57,829 bases of DNA, taken from a virus. Lineage: Duplodnaviria; Heunggongvirae; Uroviricota; Caudoviricetes. The stretch spans positions 1 to 57,829 of the IMG/VR virus record IMGVR_UViG_2822641076_000001; one strand, given 5' to 3'. Of the stretch, positions 57,020 through 57,829 are shown in pieces (positions within the stretch are counted from its first letter, which is position 1; each line of letters starts with the position of its first letter). The notes beneath the pieces were generated by a model, which saw only the letters and a list, made by a program, of their open reading frames with translations, had not been told where the DNA came from and ran no database searches. Made by a program: the position numbers and the translations under genes.

Positions 57020-57454
57020 ATGGATTTTCAACAGAATATCAAGAAGGCATTCTACAACAAGCCATTCAATAGAGAAGCTGTACTCACTCACTTTAGAGAC
57101 TTCGGATATAATGAGGTCTCTAATGAGGACAGAGAGGGTTATCATCGCTTTCTCTTCACACAGAGTGGCAAAAAGAAAACGCTATTTATGAAATCAAATG
57201 ATAAAGGCGTCGTTAAATACATTAAAGTGCAAGAGGGTAGAAGTCATCTACCTAAAACTGACTCCAAAACATTTAGTAATCTGATTAAATTGATATTCGT
57301 ATTCATGATAATAGGTTGTGGATACTGGTTTATCTCTCATTTAGACTCAGATACTACTACGAAAGAAGATAATCCTTATAATCGAGATTATGATGGAGAT
57401 GGAATCAAGGGAACGAGGAGCGATAATGATATCTATCGCAAACATTTTAAGTAA
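57020..57454 (+). CDS. Single-pass membrane protein
   Basis: TM segment LIKLIFVFMIIGCGYWFI and a C-terminal DYDGDG Ca-binding-like motif. Confidence 0.65.
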   Translation: MDFQQNIKKAFYNKPFNREAVLTHFRDFGYNEVSNEDREGYHRFLFTQSGKKKTLFMKSNDKGVVKYIKVQEGRSHLPKTDSKTFSNLIKLIFVFMIIGCGYWFISHLDSDTTTKEDNPYNRDYDGDGIKGTRSDNDIYRKHFK

Positions 57455-57467
57455 GAGGAGAGAGAAT

Positions 57468-57829
57468 ATGAGTTACGTGTTAAAAGTTTTTGGTAAGTAT
57501 GTAGCAGAAGGTGTTGGATTCAACAAAGAACAAGGTGTATGGGACGTTACTCTAATCAGTAGCGAAGTAGATGCACAATCTTACAGAACAAAAGAGCGAG
57601 CAGAAACAGTAGCAGGATTTGTAGAGCAACACTATTTTGAAGAGGATGGGACACAGGTTACATGTATTGTTGAAGAAAACTATGCTAAACATCGCATCAC
57701 GGCTTTGAAATGGTCATTAGAGCAAGCTCAGACGCAGTTAAACCGTGCAGAGAGTAATTACAAAACTGGAACGAATACAAGAGCAGATGAAGACGAAATT
57801 GTAAAGCTGAGACTAGTTGTAGGCTCTCT
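57468..57829 (+). CDS. Hypothetical protein, runs off the window end
   Basis: RBS GAGGAG before MSYVLKVFGKY. Open to the end of the window. Confidence 0.65.
   Translation, partial: MSYVLKVFGKYVAEGVGFNKEQGVWDVTLISSEVDAQSYRTKERAETVAGFVEQHYFEEDGTQVTCIVEENYAKHRITALKWSLEQAQTQLNRAESNYKTGTNTRADEDEIVKLRLVVGS

Overview
This window is part of a large, low-GC Bacillus-type siphovirus genome. It has an SPbeta-like morphogenesis module and a tRNA array like the Tsamsa-type B. cereus-group phages; that taxonomic placement is inference. Layout: (1) 1-22750, a minus-strand virion module: tape measure (partial), tail-module tyrosine recombinase, tail and neck genes, major capsid, decoration, protease-scaffold, portal, TerL, and YonG/J/K-like genes. 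(2) 22900-26330, a minus-strand RNA island with 14 readable tRNAs, 2 degenerate tRNAs, 2 armless tRNA-like minis, an ~800-nt ROOL/GOLLD-like ncRNA, two further structured RNAs and three H-type pseudoknots lying just 5' of tRNAs. (3) HU, a sigma-like Zn-ribbon protein with a probable ATA start, a RecD2 helicase, a divergent tyrosine-recombinase-fold protein (possible repressor) and a Rep-like gene flanked by 19-bp inverted repeats. (4) Two long non-coding repeat blocks (34070-35460 and 41000-42400) bracket a leftward array of single-gene cassettes, followed by a rightward array of small early genes. The main unannotated signals are two type II hammerhead ribozymes with covarying pseudoknots inside the cassette array (38013-38078 and 39908-39974), three dispersed DNA motif families (a -35-overlapping palindrome x12, a -10-overlapping palindrome x7, an ACA-N2-TGT box x18), a shared RBS/start leader, and an ADP-ribosyltransferase-like/HD-hydrolase fusion. 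No searches were run. Family names come from manual motif recognition, and several CDS starts were moved from the ORF track to fit the RBS.
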